Source: a virus (lineage: Duplodnaviria; Caudoviricetes). From it: a stretch of 64,000 nucleotides of DNA. The stretch lies in the IMG/VR virus record IMGVR_UViG_3300037455_000250, positions 1 through 64,000 of that record; one strand, written 5' to 3'. The notes under the pieces are model-generated. The model was not told where the DNA came from. It worked only from the letters and a program-made list of their open reading frames with translations, and searched no databases. Both the position numbers and the translations under genes were made by a program. Shown here one piece after another: positions 19,112 through 29,362 of this stretch. Every line of letters begins with the position of its first letter. Positions within the stretch are counted from its first letter, which is position 1.

Positions 19112-20317
19112 ATGACAAGACGAATAGCGATAATTAATCCTGTTGGAGTAGAAGGCGGTGGCGCAACAACTTTATGTGTGCAATATGCAGGATTAGGTAT
19201 AGATTGTTGGATGAAAAATACCGTAGATTACGCAAACTCAATCGTAGCGACAATACCAAATATCAAGCCATATTCAACAGATAATGATTTGTTAGATATT
19301 GCAACGAAGTATGATAGGTTATTATTTGTAAATATGTGGTTTGGGCATACTATGCCCGATAATGTAATAGATAATGTAATTAAGTTACGAAAAAATTATC
19401 CTAATTTAGAGATTTGCTATATACATTGTTGTAGAGGATTAGGTGATTTATATACTTTATTACCAGTTTGTCAGCAACATAATTTTATGTTTGATTATAT
19501 TTTTTCTTTACATCCTCAAATTACTTCTTTTCCATATTGTAAATCAGTGTTTATGAATATTAATGCGTGTATTTTGCCTGATTATTCACCATTAAGTGTT
19601 AATGAGAGAAATAATATTGTATTCACATCTGGTAGAGTAGAGGGGTTTAAAGGAGTAGTTAAATATTTTAATTCTATTGATGATGATTTTTTGGCCTCAA
19701 CAGGAAAGTTTACGTATATACACGAAGGTGCAAAATATTCACATCATAAGAATAATGATGGAATAAGTTGTCCACCTCAAATGCTTTCAATATTTGACAC
19801 AACAACGTCTCCGAAATCACTTAAACCACAGTATGTATTACGTGATTATGGGCAAGAGCCTTTGTGTGATAAATTTAATATTTATCCGTCTTATGATATG
19901 CGTTTTATACGTGATAGATGGAAACATTATTTTGCTGGTATTTGTTGTGTTCTCGGAACAACAAGCGGATATATGGTGGAGCAGACATTATTTGGCACAG
20001 AATATAAAATCAAGGATAAGCGAGAGAGAACATTAATAGATAAGCGTACAAATGATTGGGGAGATACCTTAGAGTACGCAGACATTGAAAAAATGTCATT
20101 TGGTGTACCAGTATTTTTTTCTCGTAAGTTCTCGCAGATAATTGGGTTTACAGATGAGAGGTTAATATACAATTCGTTTTCAGAGATACCGGAAAAGGTA
20201 AAGTTATTACACACGTATTATGATGATGTGCGAGAGGCACAGTATACGTGGTTACACGAAAAGTTACAGAATGTAAATGCAACGATTTTAGAAAAGTTTA
20301 CAGGAGATATAAACTAA
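19112..20317 (+). CDS. GT-B-like glycosyltransferase (putative)
   Basis: GVEGGGA N-terminal loop, SGRVEGFKG, LEYADIEKMSFGVPV resembling the GT-B E..G.P motif. Confidence 0.5.
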   Translation: MTRRIAIINPVGVEGGGATTLCVQYAGLGIDCWMKNTVDYANSIVATIPNIKPYSTDNDLLDIATKYDRLLFVNMWFGHTMPDNVIDNVIKLRKNYPNLEICYIHCCRGLGDLYTLLPVCQQHNFMFDYIFSLHPQITSFPYCKSVFMNINACILPDYSPLSVNERNNIVFTSGRVEGFKGVVKYFNSIDDDFLASTGKFTYIHEGAKYSHHKNNDGISCPPQMLSIFDTTTSPKSLKPQYVLRDYGQEPLCDKFNIYPSYDMRFIRDRWKHYFAGICCVLGTTSGYMVEQTLFGTEYKIKDKRERTLIDKRTNDWGDTLEYADIEKMSFGVPVFFSRKFSQIIGFTDERLIYNSFSEIPEKVKLLHTYYDDVREAQYTWLHEKLQNVNATILEKFTGDIN

Positions 20318-21168
20318 TGCGTAATGATTTTGCCGTTTTCATTATAACTCACGGACGTCCTGATAAACAACTTACATATGATACCTTGCGTAGATGTGGA
20401 TATAATGGTAAAATTTATCTTGTAGTAGATAATACGGACAATACAATACAACAACACATAGATAAATATGGCGCAGAAAATATCATTGTGTTCGATAAGA
20501 ACCATTATATAAATTCAGACAGATTTGATAATGGAACAGAGGGTGTTTTTGCGTGTGCCGTTTATGCAAGACGAGCAGTGGAAGATATAGCAAAAAGTAT
20601 GAAGTTGGCATACTTTTGTATGATAGATGATGATGTTACCGATTTATGTCTAAGGATTCCATTAGAAAACAAAGTACGCAGATTAAAAATATATAATATG
20701 GATGAAATATTTAATGCGTATTTAGAGTTGTTAGAGATAAAACAAATTAGTTGTCTTGGTTTTGGCTATCAAACTCTTTATTTTTCTGGTATGAAGTATT
20801 TTACAACAGATTTTAGGCCATTACCTTTTAGACTATTCATAAGAAAAACATCAGTAGATATTGATTGGTCTAATTGGTATGGTGAAGATGAGATTGCAGG
20901 ATATCAAAGCAATATAAAAGGTCTATTATGGACTGCTATACCATTAGTTATGGTGACAACATCAGAAGAGGCTACAGGCGCTATGCAAACAACATATGAA
21001 CAAACAACCTCTTTTTTACGTTCAATAGTTGAGTTAAGGTATGTTCCATCACAAGTAGTAATTGCGACTTGTACGAGAGGTAAAAAGAAAGGAACACAAC
21101 ATCTATATAGAAGAAATCAAGATTGGTTTCCTAAAATCATAAGTAGCACGTATAAAAAGGAGATATGA
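20317..21168 (+). CDS. GT-A glycosyltransferase, TAGT/GREB1-like
   Basis: FAVFIITHGRP, YLVVD, MIDDD. Confidence 0.75.
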   Translation: MRNDFAVFIITHGRPDKQLTYDTLRRCGYNGKIYLVVDNTDNTIQQHIDKYGAENIIVFDKNHYINSDRFDNGTEGVFACAVYARRAVEDIAKSMKLAYFCMIDDDVTDLCLRIPLENKVRRLKIYNMDEIFNAYLELLEIKQISCLGFGYQTLYFSGMKYFTTDFRPLPFRLFIRKTSVDIDWSNWYGEDEIAGYQSNIKGLLWTAIPLVMVTTSEEATGAMQTTYEQTTSFLRSIVELRYVPSQVVIATCTRGKKKGTQHLYRRNQDWFPKIISSTYKKEI

Positions 21169-21566
21169 ATATGCAGTTAGAGTTTTTTAACACACCAGAG
21201 GTAGATAGCAACAACAAGTACACAAAAAAGATTGCAATTCCACAGTATGTGCCTTCTGAGGTTGCACCCACATTAAACGAACTCTGTAATTTATCAAAAT
21301 ATTCCGAATTGTTACGAGATATAAAATCTTCAAATGTAACAGAGGAAGAAAAAGAGTTTTTAATACGTGCGGCTACACGACACATTGTATTTAATTATGC
21401 GAAAATAGCGGATTATTATGCACACGCAACACCTGAAATGCAAAAACTTATGGAGAAATCTGCGTTAGTTATTATTGATTATGAGGATGCAATAGCAAAT
21501 GGTTATGTGAAATTAAGTAGCACGATAAAGTCAATCATAGAGGAAACAAACAAAAATGAGAACTGA
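21165..21566 (+). CDS. Conserved protein accompanying TAGT-like glycosyltransferases
   Basis: KIADYYAH..EMQKLMEKSALVIID; sits between two GT paralogues; N-terminal QLEFF. Confidence 0.65.
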   Translation: MNMQLEFFNTPEVDSNNKYTKKIAIPQYVPSEVAPTLNELCNLSKYSELLRDIKSSNVTEEEKEFLIRAATRHIVFNYAKIADYYAHATPEMQKLMEKSALVIIDYEDAIANGYVKLSSTIKSIIEETNKNEN

Positions 21567-22422
21567 TTTTGCAGTATTCGTTTTAAGTCACGGCAGAGCA
21601 AAAAGTCTTAAAACAATTAATTCTTTATTGTCGAGAGGGTATACTGGTAGATGGTATATTATTGTTGATGATGAGGATGACCAAATATCGTTGTATCAAC
21701 AAAATTTTGGGGAAGACCATATAATTGTGTTTGATAAGAAAGAAGTCGGCAAAACATTCGATATAATGGATAATTTTGAAGGTCGACAAGTGCCGACTTT
21801 TGCTCGAAATGCGGTGTACGATATAGCAGATAATCTTGGGTTAAAATACTTTTATGAGGCAGATGATGATTTAGTATGCTTTAGAGCAAGATTATTAGAC
21901 AGTGAGGGTGTATTACGTACAGTCTATTTTAATGATATGGATAAAGTGTTTTCTGCATATCTTGATTATATGGATAATGCAGAACGTATAGATGTATTAG
22001 CGTTTGGACAAACTGGAGATTTAATCGGCGGAAGTGGCTCAAAACTTTTTATAAAAGGATATATTAGAAAAGCCATGCAGGGATTTATTGTACGTGTGTC
22101 GAGTAGAATAACATATGTAGGAAGATTTAATGATGATGTTAATGCGTATGTTGACGCGGGTAAAATAGGTTATTTGTTCATTACATATAAAGATGTGATA
22201 ATGGACACAATAGAAACACAGAAAAGCAAAGGCGGTATAACGGAAAATTATAAGAAATATGGTACCTATGTTAAGTCTTTTTATTCTGTAATATTAGACC
22301 CGAGTTGTGTATTTATAAGCACAATGGGCTTTGGTAATTATAGAATACATCATCAGATAGATTGGGAAAAAGCGGTGCCTAAAATAATAAGTAGCGATTT
22401 TAAGAAAGGAGAGGCAGAATGA
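21556..22422 (+). CDS. GT-A glycosyltransferase, TAGT/GREB1-like (paralogue)
   Basis: FAVFVLSHGRA, YIIVDD, EADDD, GRFNDDV, KSFYSV, HHQIDW. Confidence 0.78.
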   Translation: MRTDFAVFVLSHGRAKSLKTINSLLSRGYTGRWYIIVDDEDDQISLYQQNFGEDHIIVFDKKEVGKTFDIMDNFEGRQVPTFARNAVYDIADNLGLKYFYEADDDLVCFRARLLDSEGVLRTVYFNDMDKVFSAYLDYMDNAERIDVLAFGQTGDLIGGSGSKLFIKGYIRKAMQGFIVRVSSRITYVGRFNDDVNAYVDAGKIGYLFITYKDVIMDTIETQKSKGGITENYKKYGTYVKSFYSVILDPSCVFISTMGFGNYRIHHQIDWEKAVPKIISSDFKKGEAE

Positions 22423-23159
22423 AAGTAGGATTGTTCCCTATGGTAGCAGATGTATTACACGCCGGTCATATACTCGCTATCAAAGAGGCAAAAGCAAACT
22501 GTGATTACCTTATAGTTGCGTTATATTGTAAACCTAAGAGAAAACCAAATATTGTGCAGAGTATCTTTGAGAGATATACTCAACTATCCGCAATCAAATT
22601 TGTTGATGAAGTGATGCCTTACGAAGATGAAGAGGATGTTTATAGGGTGTTGCTCTCTATTAAATTTGATGTATATTTTCTCGGCGCAGATTACAAGAAT
22701 AAACGATTTGAAGGACAAGACCTCGTTGAAAATTTAGGCAAAGAAATTTATTACTTATCCCGTAATCACACAATGAGTAGTTCCAAATTAAAATCAGATA
22801 TTATTAAAAATGGCGCAAAACAAGAAACGAAAGATAAAGTTATTGCGGTTGATTTTGATGGGTGTATTTGTAGTATGAATTATCCTGATATAGGAGAGCC
22901 TAATTGGGATGTAATCAATGCTCTTAAACAAGAAAAAGAGAACGGCGCAAAAATCATTTTATGGTCTTGTCGTGCTGATGAATATTTACGTGCGGCGATA
23001 GAGGCGTGTGATGAATGGGGATTACAGTTTGACGCAGTAAATGAAAACGTACCAGAAAGATTAGTTAAGTATGGATATTCCGATTCTCGAAAGGTTAGTG
23101 CTGACGAGTATTGGGACGATTTAGCAAAAGTTATTAAATTTAAAGGAGGACAGAATTAA
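22419..23159 (+). CDS. TagD-like cytidylyltransferase fused to a HAD-superfamily phosphatase
   Basis: DVLHAGH (HxGH), GAD, SSSKLK; then AVDFDG, WSCR, DEYWDD. Confidence 0.8.
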   Translation: MKVGLFPMVADVLHAGHILAIKEAKANCDYLIVALYCKPKRKPNIVQSIFERYTQLSAIKFVDEVMPYEDEEDVYRVLLSIKFDVYFLGADYKNKRFEGQDLVENLGKEIYYLSRNHTMSSSKLKSDIIKNGAKQETKDKVIAVDFDGCICSMNYPDIGEPNWDVINALKQEKENGAKIILWSCRADEYLRAAIEACDEWGLQFDAVNENVPERLVKYGYSDSRKVSADEYWDDLAKVIKFKGGQN

Positions 23160-24235
23160 TGTCGACATTTACAACAGAGAGGTTAAAGCAGTTAGTAGCG
23201 TATGTGATTAAGGGAGCAGGGTTCAAACCTAACTTTGAATTATCTGATAAAATCGGTATACGAGTTAGAGATGGTGTCTTGTACTTAAATACAACAGATG
23301 GTACAAATTATTTGAGTGTATCAGATAGGTGTGTGTCGGATAATTTCGATATTGTAGTAAATGCAGAGGTATTTTCAAAACTCATTGGTAAGATTACATC
23401 AGAAACCGTAGATATTATTGTTGTTGATGATACAAAACTTGAAGTAACCGGTAATGGTAAATATACACTTGAACTTGTGCCAAGTGAGAGCGGTGAATTA
23501 CTTTCATTTCCTGATAAATTTCCTGAAAATACAGTTGAAAAAGGAACAATATCTGCAAGTGATATAGTTGCAATAAATACCACTCTTAGTGCGTCACTGT
23601 CAAATAAAATCGGCAGTATCTATACAAACTATTATTTTGGTGAAGTCGTTGCAAGTACAGACCGTGCTATGATGGCAATTTTCAATCGTAAATTAGTAGA
23701 TGATGTATACCTGTTTAATAAAGAATTTGTTGAACTAATGACATTGAGTGGTGCAGAGGTTTCTATATCACAGAATGATAATGTAATTGTGGCAGAAAGT
23801 TCAATTAGTGAACACGGCTCAATTCGTGTTTGCACTATACTTCCAACAGATGTTGATAAGTTTGAGATTGATGGCATTCGTAAGTTTGTATCTATGGAAC
23901 TAACATCATTCTGTCGTATTCGTAAAGCAGAAATATTGGCTCTCCTTGATAGACTTTCACTGTTTGTAAGTGATAAGTTTGATGATGGTGCAATCATTCT
24001 TAATTTTAAGAAAGAATATGTTGAGGTTTCATCATTAGCAAGTAGCGGTGTTGAGCGTATCGAATACACCGAGTGTAAAGAGCCGATTGAATTGCAAATC
24101 AAGATTAATATTGATAGACTGCGTGACCAGTTAAAGTCATATACATCTGATATGGTAGATTTGTATTACGGTAGTGATTTGTGTATTAAACTCGTTGATG
24201 GAGATATGACACAGTTAATCGCTTTAATGAAGTAA
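23159..24235 (+). CDS. dnaN: Beta sliding clamp
   Basis: 358 aa, three-domain pattern, TTDG and STDR motifs, LALLDRLSLF. Confidence 0.8.
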   Translation: MSTFTTERLKQLVAYVIKGAGFKPNFELSDKIGIRVRDGVLYLNTTDGTNYLSVSDRCVSDNFDIVVNAEVFSKLIGKITSETVDIIVVDDTKLEVTGNGKYTLELVPSESGELLSFPDKFPENTVEKGTISASDIVAINTTLSASLSNKIGSIYTNYYFGEVVASTDRAMMAIFNRKLVDDVYLFNKEFVELMTLSGAEVSISQNDNVIVAESSISEHGSIRVCTILPTDVDKFEIDGIRKFVSMELTSFCRIRKAEILALLDRLSLFVSDKFDDGAIILNFKKEYVEVSSLASSGVERIEYTECKEPIELQIKINIDRLRDQLKSYTSDMVDLYYGSDLCIKLVDGDMTQLIALMK

Positions 24236-24258
24236 AGATAACAAACAAAACATTTATG

Positions 24259-24288
24259 TAGGGACTTGAAATATAGTCCCTATTTTTA
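24259..24288 (+). terminator. Intrinsic terminator
   Basis: TAGGGACT/AGTCCCTA stem plus TTTT. Confidence 0.8.
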
Positions 24289-24303
24289 TTATAAAATTCG
24301 CTA

Positions 24304-24332
24304 TTGCAATTCATTCAAACATTTAGTATAAT
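24304..24332 (+). promoter_or_regulatory. SigA-type promoter with an AAACAT/ATGTTT inverted repeat around -10
   Basis: TTGCAA-17-TATAAT. Confidence 0.75.
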
Positions 24333-24375
24333 GTTTACAAGTTGAGATAAACTCAACAAGAAAGTGAGGTATCAT

Positions 24376-24582
24376 ATGAACAGAGAAGAACGACCTATCG
24401 TCTATACGATAACACAGATAACTCGTAACTTTGGTGGGTTATACACTATTAAAACATACGATAAAAGATGTACTCCGCACAACTATACAGATGTAGGAGT
24501 TACACAGTTGTTTGCCATTTTAGAAATAATCACACAAGACCTTAATGATGAAGGCTATTCGGTAGTATTTGAGGTAGATTGA
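24376..24582 (+). CDS. Hypothetical protein
   Basis: GTGAGGT SD. Confidence 0.55.
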   Translation: MNREERPIVYTITQITRNFGGLYTIKTYDKRCTPHNYTDVGVTQLFAILEIITQDLNDEGYSVVFEVD

Positions 24583-24583
24583 T

Positions 24584-24829
24584 ATGAAACTGATAATTGA
24601 TATGCCCGAAGATATATTGGCAGATATGAAAAACGGTCATACTCGTTTAGGCGAAATTGCAGATGTTGTTGCTAAAGGTACAGTTTTTAAAAAGGGCAAG
24701 TGGATAAGCCATTATGACGAACTTGGCTATACTTGTTCCGTTTGCGGTGCATTTAGAATGAGTGCAAAGACCGACAACTTTAAGTTTTGTCCTGATTGTG
24801 GTGCAGACTTACGAGGTGCAGAAAAATGA
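24584..24829 (+). CDS. Zinc-ribbon accessory protein
   Basis: GKWI..CSVC..CPDCGADL. Confidence 0.7.
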   Translation: MKLIIDMPEDILADMKNGHTRLGEIADVVAKGTVFKKGKWISHYDELGYTCSVCGAFRMSAKTDNFKFCPDCGADLRGAEK

Positions 24830-25167
24830 AAGTTGTAATTGATATTGACGAAGAAGATTACAAGAAAATCATCAAGATAACAAATGCTTGGAGATACACA
24901 GGCACAACAATAGTAGGGAGTGCTTATCACGCAATTGCTAATGGTCAAATTCTCCCAAAAGGACACGGAGATTTGATTGAGCGTAAGGAATTGAAAGAAC
25001 ACAAGTTCTTGTCGCCACAAGTCAAAGTAATTGGTGGTAGACATAGCGGAAAACTGAAAGAGCAGATTACACAAGCCTATCAAAAAGGTTGGAATGATTG
25101 CATTGACGCAATTATCGACAATGCTCCCACAGTAATTGAAACAGATAAGGAGAAAGGACAATGCTGA
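24826..25167 (+). CDS. Accessory protein (MKVVIDI...PKGHGDLI...NAPTVIE type)
   Basis: Paralogous to 27671-28021. Confidence 0.7.
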   Translation: MKVVIDIDEEDYKKIIKITNAWRYTGTTIVGSAYHAIANGQILPKGHGDLIERKELKEHKFLSPQVKVIGGRHSGKLKEQITQAYQKGWNDCIDAIIDNAPTVIETDKEKGQC

Positions 25168-25736
25168 CAATGCTTAAAGACTATAAAGGTTTGATTGAAA
25201 TTAACGGAGAAAAGTACGATAGCGTTAAAACTGCATTAAATCGCTTTAAGAGTGATAGCGATACAATTACGATTAAGTTATCGTCTAAACATCAAGAGAG
25301 CGTTAAATCAAGCGTAAGAGCGTCAGAGAGTAACACATTAAAAAAGATATATGTTAAACAGTATATGACGAAAAAATCTTCTCCTGATTTTACATTTATG
25401 ACACAGTATAATAATGACAATCCTATGCCATACAGAGAGATGATAGGCACTGTTGAGAAAGAAACTCGTGGCATGGTTTATATGAAACTTCACGCAGATA
25501 TTTCGGCAGAGAGAACTTTTAGATGTATGTGTTGTGGAAGACCACTCACTAATCCAGTATCACAATATTTCGGTATAGGACCAGAGTGTGGCGGACACAA
25601 TTATGTTAATCCGTTTTACAACGAAGAAGAATTAAAGAAGGCAGTTAATGATTACCGAAAAGTGTTACAGAATGTAACATGGGAAGGTTGGATAATTAAA
25701 TCAGCAATTTTAGAAGAGGAGGAAATCACACAATGA
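25161..25736 (+). CDS. Protein with a DUF6011-like zinc motif
   Basis: CMCCGRPLTNPVSQYFGIGPEC. Confidence 0.65.
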   Translation: MLTMLKDYKGLIEINGEKYDSVKTALNRFKSDSDTITIKLSSKHQESVKSSVRASESNTLKKIYVKQYMTKKSSPDFTFMTQYNNDNPMPYREMIGTVEKETRGMVYMKLHADISAERTFRCMCCGRPLTNPVSQYFGIGPECGGHNYVNPFYNEEELKKAVNDYRKVLQNVTWEGWIIKSAILEEEEITQ

Positions 25737-26365
25737 GAACAGACGAAGTACCTAAGAATGTTCAGAACAGACTTGAAATGTTGGGCAATCCAATCAGACG
25801 CTTGCTTAGAGATGAGGAAGACCCTGCCGTAGTTTGTGCCGTGTTATCCGCAAATCTCGATACTTGGGCACAGGAACACGGATATGACGCAAGCAACCTT
25901 GCAACTGCAATAGCCATTGCCGTTATTCATCATACGGAGGATAGAGTATGACAGAAAATCAAATGAAAGACTGGCGTGAGATTTGTCAAGCGTTTGCAGA
26001 TAAGTACGGCTATAAGTTGCTTTTTGTGAATGAAGAAAGTTGCGGTGTAGAAATGAAAGACGGAAGTTTTGCTCACATTTATGCAGATGAAATGTCAGAA
26101 ATGTTAAGGAGAAATTCGAATGTTAATTAAGTACGGTACACCAATCAGATACTTTGACAGTCTTGGTAATGAAATTCACGACGGCGATTACGTGATATTA
26201 GAAGGTCGAAAAGAAAGAGTTTATTTGACAGATGATGGTTATCTCGGAACAGACGCAACTAATCCGAAGTGGATAGAAACAGGCAGAGCATTTACTTGTC
26301 AGTATGGTATTTATCCGTTCAATGAAAAAGATGAACCTGTATTAGTGAAGGAGAACATAAGATGA
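25733..26365 (+). CDS. Three small hypothetical ORFs (25733-25951, 25948-26130, 26120-26365)
   Basis: Translationally coupled ORFs with SD sites. Confidence 0.55.
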
Positions 26366-26652
26366 GTGCATATAGCGATTGGAAATGTGGTGCTATGTCA
26401 GACGAGGAGTTTGAACAGTGGGGTATCAGATTTAATGCAGAGGAAAGATACTATGCGGCACACGAATTTGACGAGCCATATAACGAGGACGATTATGACG
26501 AGTAATACACATTTCGCGGGTTTAGAAGGACACTGGTCTTGTGTTGGTTGTAAACACGAACATTTAGCGTGTGCCGCAGAGCCGTGTTACAGTTGTCGCA
26601 ACGGAGTGTGTGACGAATGTTTGAACAGAAAAGATAATTGGGAGCCACAAGA

Positions 26653-27000
26653 ATGAATAGACCAACTCGTTTTTACTCAAATAAACAGGAAAAGCATATT
26701 GCTAAAGTTGTTGGTGGCAAGAAAGTCGCTAATTCTGGTGCCACTGCATTTAATAAAGGTGATGTTACATCTGAAAACTGGCTATTTGAGGCAAAGACAA
26801 AAACATCTGAAAGTCAATCTATGACGATTAAGAGAGAATGGTTAACAAAGAATAAGGAAGAAATGTTTGCTATGGGCAAATCGTATTGTGCTTTAGTGTT
26901 CGATTTTGGTGATGGTAATAATTATTATGTACTTGATGAAAAAACATTTTTACAGATGAAGGAGGCTTTAGAGATTAAAGATGAAGATAATTTGCACTAA
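26653..27000 (+). CDS. PD-(D/E)xK nuclease, Holliday-junction-resolvase-like
   Basis: E..IA...GG....SGA...KGD.....FEAK. Confidence 0.7.
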   Translation: MNRPTRFYSNKQEKHIAKVVGGKKVANSGATAFNKGDVTSENWLFEAKTKTSESQSMTIKREWLTKNKEEMFAMGKSYCALVFDFGDGNNYYVLDEKTFLQMKEALEIKDEDNLH

Positions 27001-27134
27001 ACAGGAGAAAGATAATTTTATCCGAGCAACGATTAATAACAGATACTGTCCATTTTTATTTGAAGAAAAAACTTTTGAATGTATAAGCAAGTGTGGTATT
27101 TGTTGTGAAGAAAATATAGAGTGGGAGATTATTA

Positions 27135-27390
27135 ATGACTAAACAGGAGATTATCGACTATTTGTATGATGTTAACTGTTATGCAGACTATACTATTGAG
27201 GATATTGCAGAAGATTTAGCAACACCCTGTGGTAGATGGAAACCATATATGGATGACACTTACATTTGCACAAATTGTTTAAGAAAAGCAAATGGAATGG
27301 TTTATCGTATAGACCACTTGTTTTGTAAAGACGAATTGAGTTCATTTTGTCCGTACTGTGGGGGCTGATATGCGGGGTGATAACAAATGA
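27135..27390 (+). pseudogene. Zinc-ribbon accessory gene with an apparent +1 frameshift near its 3' end
   Basis: G5 run at 27360-27364; a G4 allele gives CPYCGADMRGDNK-stop overlapping the next ATG. Confidence 0.55.
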
Positions 27391-27674
27391 CAACAATCTA
27401 TAATCCTTTGAGTGACAATCCAAAATGGCGATATAGTGACGAGAATAACAAGCCAAAAACAAAAATCCATCCAAGAACTACCGAACAAAAAGCGTCTGCA
27501 AAATTATTTGCCAAAGCACTGATGAAAGAAATGAGCCAAGAAGAAATTGCATTATTGCTTTGGGAGGTCGAGTGTGAAGTTTGTGCATATCATAAATATT
27601 GTGCAGGGCGTTGTTCACATAAGCATTGTGCCGATGGATTAAAAGAAACATATTTAGCGAGGTACAAGAAATGA
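27387..27674 (+). CDS. Hypothetical protein with a Cys cluster
   Basis: CEVC..C..C..C. Confidence 0.55.
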   Translation: MTTIYNPLSDNPKWRYSDENNKPKTKIHPRTTEQKASAKLFAKALMKEMSQEEIALLLWEVECEVCAYHKYCAGRCSHKHCADGLKETYLARYKK

Positions 27675-28021
27675 AAGTTGTAATTGATATATCCGCAGAT
27701 GATTTTAATGCAATTCGTCAAGGTCGTTTATATTTTATCGGACACGATAGGTTAGACCAGTGTATAACCGAGGCGTTTCAAAGTTCCACAATCATTCCAA
27801 AAGGACACGGAGATTTGATTGACAGAAATGCTTTCATTAAAAAGACAACAAATCTGTATTGTGAAAATTGCGAGCGTAGAATGGGAATGAAAAAAGGCAA
27901 AAAGCAATTTGTATATGATATTGGAGACGCGCCTTGTCGAGCGTGTGAAGTATGCGATTTGATTGATGATGTTGAAAACGCCCAGACAGTAATTGAGGCA
28001 GATAAGGAGAATGAAAAATGA
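27671..28021 (+). CDS. Accessory protein, paralogue of 24826-25167 with added CxxC motifs
   Basis: 26-bp identical DNA block shared with 24955-24980. Confidence 0.7.
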   Translation: MKVVIDISADDFNAIRQGRLYFIGHDRLDQCITEAFQSSTIIPKGHGDLIDRNAFIKKTTNLYCENCERRMGMKKGKKQFVYDIGDAPCRACEVCDLIDDVENAQTVIEADKENEK

Positions 28022-28178
28022 GCATTGAAAACGGAAAAGTTTGTTGTAATTGCCGACACAATATCAGAACAGGTGAAGTGCCAAAAATAGAATGTCATTG
28101 TGACATTGATGGTTCATGCATTGGTTATGTTCGAAGTAAGGTACATTGGTGTAAGCATTGGAGTAAGGAGAATAAAGA

Positions 28179-29362
28179 ATGAAATGCCCATATCAGACCA
28201 TAACAACAGTTGAAACAATAAAGGCTATGGCAAAAGTAAATGAAGATATGCAAGTAGTAAAGACATATTTTGCAGAGTGCTACAAAGAAGAATGTCCTTG
28301 GTATGTACCTGAAAGACAATTTAGTGGCGGAATTATCACAACAGACTATTGTTTAAGAGTAAGTAAGGAGAATAAAGAATGAAACAGTATAAATCCACAG
28401 AGATAAGATGTTTGCGGTGCAATACTAAAGTAGGTGTAATACTTATGACAGAACCTATCGAAACGGTAAAAGCATTATGTCCTACCTGTGCATATATCGT
28501 ACAACACCTTAACGGCGGCAGAGTTACCGCATATAGTAAAGGAGAGAAAGAATGACAGATTATCAGAAAGGTTATCAAGACGGCTACAAAGACGCAAAAG
28601 AAGAAAGACCGCAAGGCGAGTGGATTAAGAACGAGGGAAAAGATATAAGAGATAATTTTTACACCTGTTCAAAGTGCGGCAGAAGTATCAATGTCATTTG
28701 TGGTGAAACAATAGAAGATTATCCATTCTGTCATTGTGGTGCAGATATGAGAGAGGTGATAAAGAATGAACAACGATTTAATCAGCCGTGAGGCTTTGAA
28801 AAAGGAATTGCATAATTTCTTTGATGGAAAAGTTATTAATGAACCTACTTATATTTTGCGTGATGTTTTTTGTCATATTGACAATGCTCCGACAGAACCA
28901 TTACCTGATTTCAAAGAAGGTTACAAGCAAGCCATAATTGACGGAAAGACTAACTATTCAAGACCACAAGGCGAGTGGATAGAATGTACTAAATCGGGTA
29001 TGCCTTTAACAGAATATGGAAGAATGACGGGCGAAAAGTGGTATGGGTTTAAGTGTTCACAATGCAATTTCATATACAAAGGAAATGCTTTAATTGAAAG
29101 TCCTTACTGTCAAAAGTGCGGTGCAAAAATGACGATAGGCTAATTCACTAAAATTGAAAGGCGGTGCGGAATGAAGTATAGTTTACCATTAGAAACTGCA
29201 TTACACGATTTATATATGATAAAACAAGGATATGAGCCAGATGGTATCTATCCTGCGTGTCTTGATGTTGCTATTGAATTATGTAAGGAACGAATAGAAC
29301 ACGAACATAGGTTAGAAAATATGGTTAATGAACTTGCGAGAGAGCATAATGCAGATGAATAA
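28179..29362 (+). CDS. Run of small accessory ORFs, several with zinc ribbons (28179-28382, 28552-28791, 28766-29143, 29171-29362)
   Basis: RPQGEWI..CxxC..CxxCGA motifs; coupled starts and stops. Confidence 0.6.
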
